A stretch of DNA of 64,000 nt, taken from positions 672,001 to 736,000 of the forward strand of contig CAVSHB010000001.1 in the NCBI GenBank assembly GCA_963727775.1. Reading direction: 5' to 3'. How positions within the stretch are numbered: position 1 is the stretch's first letter; each line of letters starts with the position of its first letter. Below, piece after piece: positions 63,244 through 64,000 of this stretch. The notes below the pieces were generated by a model. That model had not been told where the DNA came from. It worked only from the letters and a program-made list of their open reading frames with translations, and searched no databases. The stretch is from an uncultured Nitrospiraceae bacterium (lineage in GTDB: Bacteria; Nitrospirota; Thermodesulfovibrionia; Thermodesulfovibrionales; SM23-35). Both the position numbers and the translations under genes were made by a program.

Positions 63244-64000
63244 ATGCCATTTAAAAAGAAGCCACGCCCCCATCTCGAAATACAGACTTCCGGCAATAAG
63301 CACTACGGCGTTATTCGCACTACCTTCCGTGAGAAGGGCGAAATCAGGCACACGACACATGGGACCATTAAGGATATGAGTCTTGAACAACTAAAGCTCA
63401 TACAGGCCGCCTTCAGGGGCAATGTGCTGGTAAAGGGTTCAGCCGACGCTCACAAAATCGCGGAATCGAAAGAGTACGGCGCTTCCTATGCGGTATTGCA
63501 GTTGGCGAAGGAATTAGAGTTGGACAAGATGATTTATTCGAGATATTCCGAGCAGTGGGTTAAAGACTGTCTTGCCATGATAATCGGCCGTTTAGTATAT
63601 AGCGGCAGCAAGCTGGCTTTATCGCACAGATGGGAGGACACGGCATTATGGGAACTCTGCGGGATAGAAGGGCCGGTTGACGTAGATAAGCATTGTTATG
63701 AGCCTATGGATCGTCTTTTACAGAGGCAGGATGCCATCCAAAGTACATTGGCGAAAAAGCATCTCCGAAACGGCGCGCTTGTGCTTTACGATATAACCAG
63801 CAGTTATTTTGAGGGCGAGTATGAAGACAGTGAGATCGTTAAATTCGGATATAACCGGGACGGCAAGCGGGGGCATGAACAGATGGTGATAGGGCTGCTT
63901 TGCAGTCCCGAGGGGTGCCCTGTGGGTGTGGAAGTTTTCCCTGGGAATACTCAGGATGCTCAAACGGTACCCGATAAAATAGCTGAGGTGCAGAAAAAAT
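63244..64000 (+). CDS. IS1634-family DDE transposase (runs off the window end; not in the ORF track)
   Basis: Open frame MPFKKKPRPHLE...GSKLA..MDRLL.RQ..I...LAKKHL..G.LVLYDITSSYFEG...GYNRDGKRG..Q..IGLLC..EGCPVGVEVFPGNTQD. Confidence 0.9.
   Translation, partial: MPFKKKPRPHLEIQTSGNKHYGVIRTTFREKGEIRHTTHGTIKDMSLEQLKLIQAAFRGNVLVKGSADAHKIAESKEYGASYAVLQLAKELELDKMIYSRYSEQWVKDCLAMIIGRLVYSGSKLALSHRWEDTALWELCGIEGPVDVDKHCYEPMDRLLQRQDAIQSTLAKKHLRNGALVLYDITSSYFEGEYEDSEIVKFGYNRDGKRGHEQMVIGLLCSPEGCPVGVEVFPGNTQDAQTVPDKIAEVQKK

Overview
Bacterial chromosome segment. The 16S rRNA signature and gene content suggest an anaerobic Nitrospirota (Thermodesulfovibrionia-like) organism, but this is my inference and needs a database check. 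Housekeeping content: cfa, ogg, cobD-like, class I fumarase alpha/beta, Btu-type ABC importer, malQ-glgC, glgX, tsaC, priA, ispE-tRNA-Gln-prs-rplY-pth-moeA, lsrF and a complete rrn operon (16S, tRNA-Ile, tRNA-Ala, 23S, 5S). These are interleaved with three IS elements (IS200/IS605 tnpA, a complete ISNCY-like element with TIRs and a 6-bp TSD, and a partial IS1634-like element), several toxin-antitoxin modules and gene remnants. Most notable observations: (1) four copies of a structured intergenic element with an invariant multi-way-junction core and freely varying stems; (2) an arsM with an in-frame UGA at the conserved Cys position plus a SECIS-like hairpin, a probable selenoprotein that the ORF track truncates; (3) a PriA lacking its ATPase/helicase motifs; (4) a CobD-like protein lacking the PLP lysine; (5) an atypical SpeD + GNAT-like + membrane protein operon; (6) a ~100-nt hairpin expansion in 23S rRNA; (7) an isolated group IIC intron 3' remnant. 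All calls come from reading the sequence by eye; no searches were run.
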